Program-made: the position numbers and the translations under genes | Notes under the pieces: generated by a model | The model's database searches: none | Seen by the model: the letters and a program-made list of their open reading frames with translations, nothing else | Told to the model about the DNA's origin: nothing | Source: a virus | Taxonomy: Duplodnaviria > Caudoviricetes | Direction: 5' to 3' (one strand) | Length of the DNA stretch: 64,000 nt | Virus record (IMG/VR): IMGVR_UViG_3300016744_000001 | Part shown: positions 36,442 to 46,811 of the stretch, in pieces | Layout of the letters: every line of letters begins with the position of its first letter | Position numbering within the stretch: the stretch's first letter is position 1

Positions 36442-39330
36442 ATGGGTGCGAATAACAACACTGCATTTGATCCTGCTGACATCTATACTCAGCAGGAGAT
36501 TGTTGGTACCACACAAACACCTGACAGTCTGATCACTGTAAGTGTTCAGACAGATGAAGTTCAGTTTCCGAATGGTTCAAAACTCACTGGGCTTTCTCAA
36601 AACTTCAAAGAAAACCAATATGACACTTGCCCAAGTTCATTCGCCGTTTTCCTTGGGTTGAGCACACTCGATAGTAATATCAAAGCTATCGATCCGAACA
36701 GCAATTTCTTCAAAGACAACACTGTCATTTCACTCCCTCTGATCAATAGCAACTTTGCGCCGCCATGGCAACGAGCTGGTAACTGGTCAGTCGTGGATGA
36801 TCAAGCGTATTACACGGGCATTGCGAATGATCCTGAAAACTACCTCAAGATCCCATCCTCAGTAATCCCGTTTGTTGGCTACTACTACCTCAATCTCTCA
36901 GTAGCCAGATTGGACAGTGGTTATCTGAAGGTATATGACCACACTGACAAGTTGGTTGCTACCATTAATAAAGCTGGTGAGTACAATGTCGAAATGTACA
37001 TCGCCAGTCCAGATGTCACCACATTCAAGATTGTTTCTGAGGGAACTTTCCCTGGTGACTACGTCAATATTGACACCGTGCGGTTCTGCCGTGTCACGGA
37101 TCGATTCCGTGATTACTTCTTGTACCTGATCGATAGTCTCGGTCTTCAAGGTGCAAACGAAGAAGTGATCAAGAAAGTTGTCACTGAAGTAGTAGCGGCG
37201 GCGCTTGTTGAGATCAACCAGAAACTCAGTGATACTGAACTCGAAGTGACTGATCACAAGAATGCCAACGGTAACGTGCACAATCTCACCTTGTCGGAAT
37301 TGCACGCTGCTTCAGATGTCCACACTCATCCAGAGTTTACGACATTTCAATCAATCATTGATCGATTGGTTGCACACATGTCTGACACAGCAACCAATCC
37401 CCATGGTATCTCATGTGCAATGATCAAAGCCGCGCCAGAGATCCACAAGCACCAGCCTGAAGAGTGTGGTGCGGCTGCTGCAATCCACGCACACCCAGAC
37501 TTGGCAAATGCTGCCGAACTTGCTGATCTCAAAACCAATCTTCCGACGATGATTGATGATGAAATCAGCAAGCAGATCCTGTCAAGTAACTTTGGTGCTG
37601 CGCCATACATCATCACTGAACCAAAGAGTCTTGGTGAAGAACCTTTGATGGCTGAGGACAGTCTGATCAACAAACCAGCACCAATGGTGTTGTTCCCATA
37701 CGTCCTTCATCAATCAGCTTCAGACTACGACTACAAAAGCGGTTATGCTGAAGCCAATCGTCTTGGGATCAACAACCGTAGTGCCGCACTGGCTTTTTCT
37801 GACTACTACTGCACTAACTTCGCACTGCAGGAAGCAGGAACAAACATCCCTGAAACGATCCTGCAGTACACATTCCACACACCCAGAGAGATCTCTGGTT
37901 TGTCAATCTTTAAGGATGTCAGCAATGCCGTAACTGGCTATGCTTCATCCATTGCGGTATACGTGGATGGCGCACTGGTCGGCTCGATTAGTAATCTGTC
38001 TTGGTCTGATTTCAATAAGCGTCTTGAAACAGATGCTCTTGGTCATACTGACATTTTGTTCACCAAGGTCAGTGGTACAAGGATCAAGTTGGTGATCAAT
38101 GGTGCGAAAATGGATAGTTCTCTGCAATGGGCAATCCGTGTTCGTTTCAAGTTCATTGACGTTCCAAGTACGATTCCTGGCACGTTCACAATCAACTCAC
38201 CATTCAAGATGAACTTCGGGATGGTGGCAAACACTACAATCGATGGCAACATGGATGGTAACGGGCGGATGAGTGGGACGGTTGACCTGCCTACGTTGGA
38301 TAGCCCAACATACATCTATCTGAAAAAGAGTGGCGATGTTTCTTACACCACTCAGATGGACAACATCCCGTCAGAGTTTTCCAGATTGCAACTTGGTCAG
38401 AATGTTCTTCTGAACAAATACCTGTCTGGCAACTCTCATCCTGCATGGGGTGCGATCTCTGCGAACAGTGAAGATCCATCTTACCCTGTCCGAAACATCT
38501 ACAACGATGGTTCAACGTACTACAAAAGTGTGAATGGTGCTGCATCAGCTGTACTGACACATGTGTACGTTCAACCACAGTCAGGGATCAGTGGTTTGCG
38601 GTTTATCTTTGCTGAACTGCTGGCTAGCTTGAACCTGATCCCAGATACCATTTCTATTCAGTTCATCACACAACCCAACTGGCAAAGTGGAGACACCACA
38701 GAAGTCGCTCTTGCGCCAATCGTGATTTCAGATGTTCTTCCAATTCGCCGAGCGAATGGTAGTGGTTTCATCTGGAAGAAACTCTACTTTAATGATGACA
38801 ACAGACCGAAACAGGTCTCAAAGGTCATCATGACTTTGTACGGAAACAAAAATCAACCAGCACTTGCCATGAGTAATTTTGGTATGATGTTGCGTGGTTG
38901 GTGGTTCAATCCTTGGTCTGGAGCAAGTACAAATATTGCTCGTTGTCCATTTGGTAGGTTTGAACGAGTCGCACTACCAGCAACAAGCACGTTGCCAGCA
39001 GCAATTGAACATAACGGTGTATCGACCGGTAAATGTACGTATTATCCAATCGATCACTTTAATGTTCTGTCGGCTGGAACCTACCAGATTCCAAATCCGT
39101 TCAGTACTCAAGAGATCACAGCAGACATCATGGCGATGACTCTTGATACTGGTTCATCTGGATCAACGAAAACCCAGAACCTTTTGGCTGAAGTTGAAAA
39201 CCTTCCGTCAATTGTGTCGACAAGTAGCAATGAACCCTTGGCTGAGATCACTCAGATTTCAGTTGATCACATCACAATCCAAGTATACTCCACCGGCAGG
39301 TATGCGGTAAAGGTGTTTCGTCTATGGTAA
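36442..39330 (+). CDS. large virion/tail structural protein with NPH/HxH repeats
   Basis: GAGG RBS; H..NPH and HTH/HKH repeats plus beta-rich domains. Confidence 0.7.
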   Translation: MGANNNTAFDPADIYTQQEIVGTTQTPDSLITVSVQTDEVQFPNGSKLTGLSQNFKENQYDTCPSSFAVFLGLSTLDSNIKAIDPNSNFFKDNTVISLPLINSNFAPPWQRAGNWSVVDDQAYYTGIANDPENYLKIPSSVIPFVGYYYLNLSVARLDSGYLKVYDHTDKLVATINKAGEYNVEMYIASPDVTTFKIVSEGTFPGDYVNIDTVRFCRVTDRFRDYFLYLIDSLGLQGANEEVIKKVVTEVVAAALVEINQKLSDTELEVTDHKNANGNVHNLTLSELHAASDVHTHPEFTTFQSIIDRLVAHMSDTATNPHGISCAMIKAAPEIHKHQPEECGAAAAIHAHPDLANAAELADLKTNLPTMIDDEISKQILSSNFGAAPYIITEPKSLGEEPLMAEDSLINKPAPMVLFPYVLHQSASDYDYKSGYAEANRLGINNRSAALAFSDYYCTNFALQEAGTNIPETILQYTFHTPREISGLSIFKDVSNAVTGYASSIAVYVDGALVGSISNLSWSDFNKRLETDALGHTDILFTKVSGTRIKLVINGAKMDSSLQWAIRVRFKFIDVPSTIPGTFTINSPFKMNFGMVANTTIDGNMDGNGRMSGTVDLPTLDSPTYIYLKKSGDVSYTTQMDNIPSEFSRLQLGQNVLLNKYLSGNSHPAWGAISANSEDPSYPVRNIYNDGSTYYKSVNGAASAVLTHVYVQPQSGISGLRFIFAELLASLNLIPDTISIQFITQPNWQSGDTTEVALAPIVISDVLPIRRANGSGFIWKKLYFNDDNRPKQVSKVIMTLYGNKNQPALAMSNFGMMLRGWWFNPWSGASTNIARCPFGRFERVALPATSTLPAAIEHNGVSTGKCTYYPIDHFNVLSAGTYQIPNPFSTQEITADIMAMTLDTGSSGSTKTQNLLAEVENLPSIVSTSSNEPLAEITQISVDHITIQVYSTGRYAVKVFRLW

Positions 39331-40436
39331 TCAGCAACAATACGAACTGGCGGCAAACGTACTACCAACAGGTCATGGCTTGTCTCAAAGAGTTTTGTGG
39401 TAAGCCTGCTGAAATACCGGCAACGCTAACACTACCAGCATCCGACAAAAACTGCATGTTCGAGTTTGGTGGCAGCAAGTTTTCTTCGGGAACAGCGATG
39501 CTTGTTGCCACTCCTTCAGGATTTCCAAACTCAGCAATTGCGTTGAAACAACGTAAACGCAATGGCATTCATGCCAGCAGTAAAGTGTGGATCAATTGTC
39601 TGATAGGGATCGCTCATCATCAATACGGAATAACCAACATTGGGATCTACCAAGTCAAACGGATTCGTCGAGCTGACAGTGTTGTCCAAGGGACTAAGCT
39701 CGAAAACATCGTTGATCTGGAACTCATTGTTGGGTTAACACAAGCCAGTCCGGAACAAACCAGAGACCTGGACTGGCTGTCTCCGTATCATCGAAAATAT
39801 CCAGGACTGCGCAAACTTGCATCTGTCTTACTGGATAAGCTGGAGATGTTCAACTGTGCAGTTCCGATGTACCTTGAACCATTCAGGATTATTCGGAAGT
39901 ACACACAGAAAGAGCCTGACTTCAACAAGCTCATGCTGTACACAGATCTGACGATTCCTGAGAACCTGTCAGATCTGGTTCCAAAGTACGTAATTTACGA
40001 AAAGAACATGGCAGAGGTAATCAGGTTTGATCACTTCTACCAGTTTGAGAATGCCTTGACGAACACCTGTCAACAGCTGATCCAAACTTACCCGTTCATT
40101 TACTTGCTGTTGTGTCATCACACATCACCAAGTGAGTCAGGTGGGGTGGAACTACTCACGCACGCTTTCATTTGCTCTCAGGAGAACGAAGGTAAACCGT
40201 TATTGTTCCACAAGACAGGTTATGTCTACAAACACACTGGTCAAGAGATTGGTCGTTCGACTGACCTTGAAGGCTTCATCCGAAGCAACTACAATGAGTC
40301 GTACCTACACAGCTTGCTTGGTGTTCACGGTGGTGGCATCCAAAGACTGCTCACGTACATCAAAAGTAGTAAAGATGGGTGTTTGTACGTCCCACTCAAG
40401 TTCGTGCTCTGTACACGCAAATACACGCAATTTTGA
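39324..40436 (+). CDS. hypothetical protein
   Basis: 370 aa, coupled to the upstream gene, ends at a hairpin. Confidence 0.65.
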   Translation: MVISNNTNWRQTYYQQVMACLKEFCGKPAEIPATLTLPASDKNCMFEFGGSKFSSGTAMLVATPSGFPNSAIALKQRKRNGIHASSKVWINCLIGIAHHQYGITNIGIYQVKRIRRADSVVQGTKLENIVDLELIVGLTQASPEQTRDLDWLSPYHRKYPGLRKLASVLLDKLEMFNCAVPMYLEPFRIIRKYTQKEPDFNKLMLYTDLTIPENLSDLVPKYVIYEKNMAEVIRFDHFYQFENALTNTCQQLIQTYPFIYLLLCHHTSPSESGGVELLTHAFICSQENEGKPLLFHKTGYVYKHTGQEIGRSTDLEGFIRSNYNESYLHSLLGVHGGGIQRLLTYIKSSKDGCLYVPLKFVLCTRKYTQF

Positions 40437-40438
40437 GC

Positions 40439-40470
40439 ATAGTGAGTGCAGGTCACCCTGCACTCACTAT
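40439..40470. terminator. intergenic hairpin
   Basis: atagtgagtgcagg-tcac-cctgcactcactat; supports the 40522 start. Confidence 0.65.
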
Positions 40471-40521
40471 TTATGTCGGGATCATATGGTCAATTCAAAA
40501 GCTTACCTAAGAGGAAGAATC

Positions 40522-42759
40522 ATGTCACAAGCTGATTTGAATACAACTACTGGTGCGACGTTGACTCCAGCCGGGATCATCAGTGAACAAGCAACTGTTG
40601 ATACCCTCAGAGCGCAGAATCTTAATCTTGGTGGTCAACAAGCATCAGGCATCTCTCATGACTATACGGATGATGACCTCAAAAAGCTTGCATCCATCCT
40701 TGCTGTGCGCAACTCTTCTGAAGAACTGCGCGCCGCACTGGCTGCGCTTGGACGAGATCTGTCCAATATCTACCTGACTCCCGTACTGTCAGAAGTACTT
40801 GCTCCACCGAACTTCTCAGACTTGTCAAAGTGGTTGTTGGGTGAAGGTTGGGTGATTGAAGACAGTGATGCTCTTTACATCAACCGCAAAGAAGTCGCTC
40901 CTGAACAAGCGATCTTGCGTTTGGACTCATCTGCGTTTATCAGTCCTGGTCTGCACTTTGTTGACATGACTGTTCTTGAAATCGAATCTGGTGCAGAACT
41001 CATCGTTCGCAATGAAGCTGGCGAGGTCTTCAAAAAGATCACCTCAGCTGGGCAATACAGATTTGAAATCCTTGTCGACAACCCAGCGACTGCTTACCTT
41101 GAGTTTGTTGCTGGACTCCTTGATCCAAGCTATTCAATTCGGATTGATGAGATCAACGTGTACCATGTCAAGAACTCATTCAGTTCTTACATGTACTACA
41201 TGTCTGGCAAAATCATGTCTGGTGGTAGTGGGTTTGCTTCAATCGATGACATTAACAATGCGGTCAACAATCTTGATGCTGCATTGAGGATTTACGTCAA
41301 CACTGTGGTTGATGGCAAAACTAGTCAAATGACTGCGCATATTGCGGATACCACTAGCAACCCGCACAACATCACACCAGCCTTGATCAAAGCAGCAAAA
41401 GAACTTCACAGGCATTTGCTTGGTGATATCGATGGTGTTACTGATCAGATCTTGACACCGATCAGTCAGAACGCTGCAATGTTACAAAACCTGTCGAATG
41501 CCATCACGTCTCACTTTGCGGCAATCAACCCGCACGGAATCACTCCGGCGATCATCAAAGCTGCAAATGAAAAACACCTGCATCTTCCAGAAGACATCAA
41601 TGGACTCGTGGACTTTGAGTCCTACGTCAAAGATCTGGAAACAAGTGTCAATGCCCATTTCACCGCAATTGAAAACCGAATGGACAACTCTCAGTCTGAT
41701 GCAACTGTTGTTGCAGACATGCTCAGAAAGCATGAACAGAAGACAGGAAACGCACATAATTCAGTCCCGGCTGACTTTGGCATTGTTTTGGCTACTCCAG
41801 CTGAAGCTGTTGCTGGTACTAGTGGTACGTTGTATATGTCACCACTGGATGATCGCACTGCTTTAGAAGCGTACGTCACTGAGAAAAATGTTGATCCGGT
41901 TAAACTTAATCCAAGGTACCTAGGCAGGTTTTCACTTAAGCCAGAAAACCTGAGCGTGAACATCCCAGTAATTGCGAATCGCAGATACCAGTTTGTTCTG
42001 TCAGGAATTAAGCAAATGGATCTGCGCAGTGTGACAATGACTGCTAATGGTACTATTCAAACTGTCAGTGGTACAGCGAACCACATCAGCTTTGTTCAGA
42101 AAGCCGGGAGCACTCTTGTCAGTGAAACCGTTGACGGTTGGAAGTTTGTGCCCTCAACCTCACAATACACTACCGTGCAGGGGACATATGACTTTGATAC
42201 GAATACTGGGGTACTTCGTGGTCGTGGGATTGGTTACGTCCTCAATAGCAGTTTCGTCTCTACTGGTATTACTGACCTGCTTGATTTCACAAGTGCGTTT
42301 GACACTCCAGTTCAGATTGACAGCTTGGACACTCTCACGCTGACAGCAACAGCAATCCCAGCCGATGGTGAGATCATCATTGACATGTACGAGTTGATGT
42401 CAGTTGACATCAATCAGGTGGTAACTGATGCCAACCCCACGGGGTCAATCATCTACAGAATGGGCACCGCAGCTCTTGCGAACTACAGTCTGTTTGATGG
42501 TAGCATATTGCCACGTTCAGTGTACTCTGAATTGTTAGCGTACGCTAGCAGCACTGGCATGATCGTTGACCAAACTACGTGGGACACTGAAGTTTCCACG
42601 AATGGTTACTGTGAAAAGTTTGGGATGGGTGATGGAACAACAACGTTCCGTTTGCCTAAACTCAAAAATAACACTGTGATCAACCCTTACATCAAACTCA
42701 ACTCAAAACTATTGCCCTCACCTGCCCAGGTGATGTATCAATTTGTTTGGGGAAGTTAA
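40522..42759 (+). CDS. tail fibre-like structural protein (NPH repeats, C-terminal collar-like domain)
   Basis: Start moved to ATG 40522 (GAGG); NPHNITP/NPHGITP repeats; C-terminal GSII...DGS.L.R..Y.EL...FG.GDGTTTFRLP; N-terminus resembles 36442. Confidence 0.75.
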   Translation: MSQADLNTTTGATLTPAGIISEQATVDTLRAQNLNLGGQQASGISHDYTDDDLKKLASILAVRNSSEELRAALAALGRDLSNIYLTPVLSEVLAPPNFSDLSKWLLGEGWVIEDSDALYINRKEVAPEQAILRLDSSAFISPGLHFVDMTVLEIESGAELIVRNEAGEVFKKITSAGQYRFEILVDNPATAYLEFVAGLLDPSYSIRIDEINVYHVKNSFSSYMYYMSGKIMSGGSGFASIDDINNAVNNLDAALRIYVNTVVDGKTSQMTAHIADTTSNPHNITPALIKAAKELHRHLLGDIDGVTDQILTPISQNAAMLQNLSNAITSHFAAINPHGITPAIIKAANEKHLHLPEDINGLVDFESYVKDLETSVNAHFTAIENRMDNSQSDATVVADMLRKHEQKTGNAHNSVPADFGIVLATPAEAVAGTSGTLYMSPLDDRTALEAYVTEKNVDPVKLNPRYLGRFSLKPENLSVNIPVIANRRYQFVLSGIKQMDLRSVTMTANGTIQTVSGTANHISFVQKAGSTLVSETVDGWKFVPSTSQYTTVQGTYDFDTNTGVLRGRGIGYVLNSSFVSTGITDLLDFTSAFDTPVQIDSLDTLTLTATAIPADGEIIIDMYELMSVDINQVVTDANPTGSIIYRMGTAALANYSLFDGSILPRSVYSELLAYASSTGMIVDQTTWDTEVSTNGYCEKFGMGDGTTTFRLPKLKNNTVINPYIKLNSKLLPSPAQVMYQFVWGS

Positions 42760-42763
42760 GCTC

Positions 42764-42797
42764 TATCCATCCTCTGGGATATCCCAGAGGATGGATA
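42764..42797. terminator. perfect palindrome between convergent genes
   Basis: tatccatcctctgggat|atcccagaggatggata. Confidence 0.7.
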
Positions 42798-42800
42798 TCT

Positions 42801-43868
42801 TTAGAACAAAGCAATATTCACGGTACCTGCACCACCAGCTGCCCCGGCAATACCGTTTCCTGCAACACCACCAAGTCCACCAGTCGCAGTGATCTTGCTG
42901 GGACTATTGATCGTGCCACGATGGAAGAGATGAATTGCACCACCACCTGAGCCGGCACCACCTTGTGAATATGGATACGAACCACCCACTGTGGAGTGAC
43001 CATTACCACCATTGGAACCGTTACTCTGGATTGCTCCACTTGCACCGAAGATGATGTTTCCTCGAACAAAGAGAATCAACAGACCACCGGTACCGGTGCC
43101 ACCAACACCAGCACGGCTACCACCAGCAATCCCACCTGGGTTACCGGCACCACCACCACCTTGTGAGTTGTTAATTGCCGCACCATGACCACCCGCTCCG
43201 CCATTGTCGGTGCCAGCAGTACAACCATTGAACGCAGAAGTATTGCTCATCCCAGCAGCATCTGAGTTCGAAGCTCCACCACCAGCACCCGCACCGCCAG
43301 AAAAGGAGGTTGCATGACCACCACGATACAAGTAGTTACCACCACCAGCACCACAGGCACCATTTACTCCAATACCGCCAACTGCAACTGACGTGATGTA
43401 TGGTTTGCCGGTTGTTCCCAAACCACCTTGCTTCTTGATCACTGTAAATGGTGAGTAGTCGAAGCCACTATCCAGGGCATCGGTATAATAGATCTTTTTG
43501 TGTACCTTGTCAATAATGACATTTTGCCCAGCAACTTTCGCCCCACGGGCAGTCATTGATAGTTTACCATTGATGACCAAATCACCAAGGATATTCAAAT
43601 ACAAACCTTTACAACGTTGAGTTGTGGTGACGGTATGCCCAGCGTTGATTGTAAAGTTATTAAAACTCAACACCGCCGGATTGCTATCCAATGATGATGT
43701 AAACTGATCGTGTGCGGCGACCCCGGTTGACGAAAAATCAGTGAGGTTTGTTTCATCAAAAGCAAATGTTGACAATGCTAACGGTGGTGTAAAGTCTAAA
43801 ACTTTTTCCACGTATACTTCAGGTGGCATCTGTTCAAGACAGATCGACATCAAGATTGGTTCATTCAT
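42801..43868 (-). CDS. glycine-rich tail fibre/virion protein (paralog of 3905-4981)
   Basis: Shared RCKGLYLNILG/GKLSMTARGA block and GGxG repeats. Confidence 0.75.
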   Translation of the reverse strand: MNEPILMSICLEQMPPEVYVEKVLDFTPPLALSTFAFDETNLTDFSSTGVAAHDQFTSSLDSNPAVLSFNNFTINAGHTVTTTQRCKGLYLNILGDLVINGKLSMTARGAKVAGQNVIIDKVHKKIYYTDALDSGFDYSPFTVIKKQGGLGTTGKPYITSVAVGGIGVNGACGAGGGNYLYRGGHATSFSGGAGAGGGASNSDAAGMSNTSAFNGCTAGTDNGGAGGHGAAINNSQGGGGAGNPGGIAGGSRAGVGGTGTGGLLILFVRGNIIFGASGAIQSNGSNGGNGHSTVGGSYPYSQGGAGSGGGAIHLFHRGTINSPSKITATGGLGGVAGNGIAGAAGGAGTVNIALF

Positions 43869-43933
43869 TCTGACTTCCTTTGACAATTATGTGATTTGAT
43901 TTTAGCAATTAACAAAAAACCTTGAGAGGAATT

Positions 43934-44317
43934 ATGTCAATGCGACCTTACGGCATGGTGGGGACAGACCAAATTATGTTCGCTGAGGACTGGAATAAGC
44001 CTACCGATATGATCCTTGTTGTATCAGCAAACTCACCAGGCTCTGGTTATATTATCGATGAGACTGGCAACTGGGTATTACCTGCAAATGTCTCAGCAGC
44101 TAAAGAAGCGGTCCGCGCTGCCAGACAAGAGGCTATCCTGAATGCTTGGCCAGTCGCACAACAAATGGAAGCCATCGGTGATCATCTGGGGGGTGACAGC
44201 ACCAAGTTCGACAAGATGCAGCTTGAGCTGGAAGAGATCAGGAAGAACTTTCCTTATCCAGAACAGTCAACCGCGGCATCAAAAGGTCTCAAACTCACTG
44301 TGAAAACTTCAAGTTAA
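43934..44317 (+). CDS. tail fibre assembly-like protein
   Basis: R..R...I...WP..QQMEA.....I+K.FPYP pattern of fibre chaperones. Confidence 0.55.
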   Translation: MSMRPYGMVGTDQIMFAEDWNKPTDMILVVSANSPGSGYIIDETGNWVLPANVSAAKEAVRAARQEAILNAWPVAQQMEAIGDHLGGDSTKFDKMQLELEEIRKNFPYPEQSTAASKGLKLTVKTSS

Positions 44318-44348
44318 TGACTAGCTGGGGAATTTCCCCAGCTAGTCA
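44318..44348. terminator. hairpin between convergent genes
   Basis: tgactagctggggaa-t-ttccccagctagtca. Confidence 0.7.
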
Positions 44349-44352
44349 CTGA

Positions 44353-45276
44353 TTAGTACTTGAGCTTTCGTGTGATTTCCTTGCACACTTCCACATGGTT
44401 GTGTTCAACCCGATGGAGATCTTGCGCAGCCAATCCAAAGGTATCAAAGGTCTTGGCCATGAACAAACAAGCGTTTGCCAGAGAAGCCAGATCTTCTTTA
44501 CTGAGGGATACCTGCGAATTGGACTGCAAATGCTTGGCGGCAGCAACGGAAGCTTGCATGTTGGCATCGCATTCCAGCAGGTATTTGTAGACGGCATGGA
44601 TCTCATGCAAGAAGCGTTCATTGTCACTCAACAATGTACACTCCAAGTTGAACTCATCCATGCTCCGATATAGCTTGCTAAACTTCGCAGAGTTCGCACT
44701 GCTCTTGTCAAAACACTTGTCGTAAGTCACGAACAAGTTGTTGATCTTCTGCACTTCATTGGCTTGCCCAAACAGCAGAGCAACTGCTTCAGTGGTTGAT
44801 GCACCTTCAACCAAACGGGCTTTGATCGTTTCACTGACTTTGACAAATGACTTTGCCCTGACTTCCATGTCACAAGCCTGCAGACAGGCAAGGATCTTCT
44901 GAGTGACGTCAACGTACGTTGTTGTCAACCCTTTGGGGAGTGGCATGTCAAGGTTGGACACTTCGAGATATCCAGTCTTCCGAATACGCAACAGCGTCAT
45001 TGCATACTTTTCCTTGTAGTCCTGCCACTCTGTCCGCTTCAATCCCTGAAACGCACGGTAGACAATCTTAAAGGAGTTAAAGAGTTTGGAGATCATGTTG
45101 GCGATGCCCGTGAGCAATCGCAGCATCATGTCAAACAAGCCTTCCTGTCCAGCATAAGCCGCCAAGTTAGCTTGTGCAACCAAAAGCTCAGCATCAGTTA
45201 CCAGAGCTGAGAAATGAAATCCGTACGTTTCTCTGGTGTCATCAATCACCAGATTGTCATCCATTGTCAACGACAT
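44353..45276 (-). CDS. phiKZ-type head/inner-body protein
   Basis: Short N-terminal segment ending AGQE|G, compatible with S/A/G-X-E prohead protease processing; helical body. Confidence 0.55.
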   Translation of the reverse strand: MSLTMDDNLVIDDTRETYGFHFSALVTDAELLVAQANLAAYAGQEGLFDMMLRLLTGIANMISKLFNSFKIVYRAFQGLKRTEWQDYKEKYAMTLLRIRKTGYLEVSNLDMPLPKGLTTTYVDVTQKILACLQACDMEVRAKSFVKVSETIKARLVEGASTTEAVALLFGQANEVQKINNLFVTYDKCFDKSSANSAKFSKLYRSMDEFNLECTLLSDNERFLHEIHAVYKYLLECDANMQASVAAAKHLQSNSQVSLSKEDLASLANACLFMAKTFDTFGLAAQDLHRVEHNHVEVCKEITRKLKY

Positions 45277-45277
45277 C

Positions 45278-46789
45278 TTAAGCCTCCAGCTTAACTTTAA
45301 CCGTCATTCGGATTGGCGAAGTGATTGTCTGGAACGATTCACCGAATGGTGAGCCAGCAGAGGCACCAGCCGTAAGATAACCAATCTGACCAACCTGAAC
45401 CAAAATGTTGTTGTACTCATCATTGGGTTTCGGATTGGCAATGACACCAGTTTGGTCATTCCACTTTGATTCACCCCACTTGCTGTTGTACTCAACATAC
45501 GCAGCTGTGGTAACCTTGGAAATGAACGGGTTCACCAGCATTGCTGACTTGCCCAATGGGATCGGGTTCAGCACAGGAACAACTGCCGTGTCACCAAATG
45601 GGACGTTCACCAACTGAAGAAGCTGGTTCGACGAGAAATAGGCTTTCGCAATATACACTCGCCGCAGTAGATCACCGGCATGTGTTGTCATCTCACATGT
45701 GGCGGTATTAAAGAAATCACCCTGACTGGCTTCTCGATACGTGCCCATGGCTGGGCAATACTGAGTAACCCCGTAGTTGGTGAAATTCCCCTTTTCATCC
45801 AGGTCAACATACAGGTAGTGAACACCATCAGGCATTGTTGGTGCAAACAACCCGTTAATTGGTTGACCAAGAATTTTGCTCATCAGAACTTTGCCTTGAT
45901 AAGCATACGCCACTTGCAGTTGGCTGTTGATCACGAAGTTGCGATCACCGCTTTGAACAACGGTGTTTGGTGGAACAGTGATGTCATACATACTCCACCC
46001 AGGTAGCCGTGCACCAACCTGACCAGCGACAACAGTCTGTGGTTTCACTGACAACGCCACCTGAACCATGTCTTTCACCAGAAACGATCCAGTGTGTGGT
46101 GTCAGGTAAGTAACGTCATTGTTCTGGTCAATTGCTTGCAGTTCAGTTGCTGGTGGATAGTCAGCAACATTGCCCAGCTGAACATCGCTCTTTGTAACCA
46201 CATGCGGGTTACCCTTAATTGTGTTGATGTGGTCCAGGGCAACCGCAAGTACTGCGCGCAAACCACGCAACGAGACCAACACGTTCATGTCAGCCGTCTT
46301 GTCATACCCAGGGTCGAGTGGATCATCAGTAATTGCATTGGGCAAGTTACCAAGTCCCACTTGTGACTTATCCACGGCATGAGGATTTTTTACATCCTTT
46401 TTGTGGGTGTCAAGTTGAATTGACAGATCTGTCAGCATCTTGGAGATCTCTGACAGATCGACACTTGGATCAACGGTACCAAAGATACGGATGCTGAGTT
46501 TCCCACTGCCATCAGCAGCCTTGACAAACACCTTTTGGTTGTCAAGGCTGGAGATCTCGTAGTTGATCCCACCAACTTCTGGTGGATTTTTACCTGTCAG
46601 TGTCAGATAGTCCTCAACTGTATCTGCAGTCAAGGTCTGATCTGACGTGCTGAATACTGACACAGTTGTTCCACTAAGATTCTTGATAGTCAGAGCAGAA
46701 GTAGGGTCAGCAAACAGGTCATTAACTTGATGCCAGTTCGCATCAGGAATTGTGTATTCTTTCAATGTATCTGGTTGGTCAATTGCCAT
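45278..46789 (-). CDS. tail/baseplate structural protein with NPH repeats
   Basis: NPHAVDKSQVGLGN and NPHVVTKSDVQLGNV fibre repeats. Confidence 0.7.
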   Translation of the reverse strand: MAIDQPDTLKEYTIPDANWHQVNDLFADPTSALTIKNLSGTTVSVFSTSDQTLTADTVEDYLTLTGKNPPEVGGINYEISSLDNQKVFVKAADGSGKLSIRIFGTVDPSVDLSEISKMLTDLSIQLDTHKKDVKNPHAVDKSQVGLGNLPNAITDDPLDPGYDKTADMNVLVSLRGLRAVLAVALDHINTIKGNPHVVTKSDVQLGNVADYPPATELQAIDQNNDVTYLTPHTGSFLVKDMVQVALSVKPQTVVAGQVGARLPGWSMYDITVPPNTVVQSGDRNFVINSQLQVAYAYQGKVLMSKILGQPINGLFAPTMPDGVHYLYVDLDEKGNFTNYGVTQYCPAMGTYREASQGDFFNTATCEMTTHAGDLLRRVYIAKAYFSSNQLLQLVNVPFGDTAVVPVLNPIPLGKSAMLVNPFISKVTTAAYVEYNSKWGESKWNDQTGVIANPKPNDEYNNILVQVGQIGYLTAGASAGSPFGESFQTITSPIRMTVKVKLEA

Positions 46790-46811
46790 GATATCCCTCG
46801 AATGGTCTTGG

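Noticed and set aside
40132-40521. 130 aa N-terminal extension overlapping gene 39324-40436
   Set aside because: It crosses a terminator-like hairpin; ATG 40522 has a good RBS.
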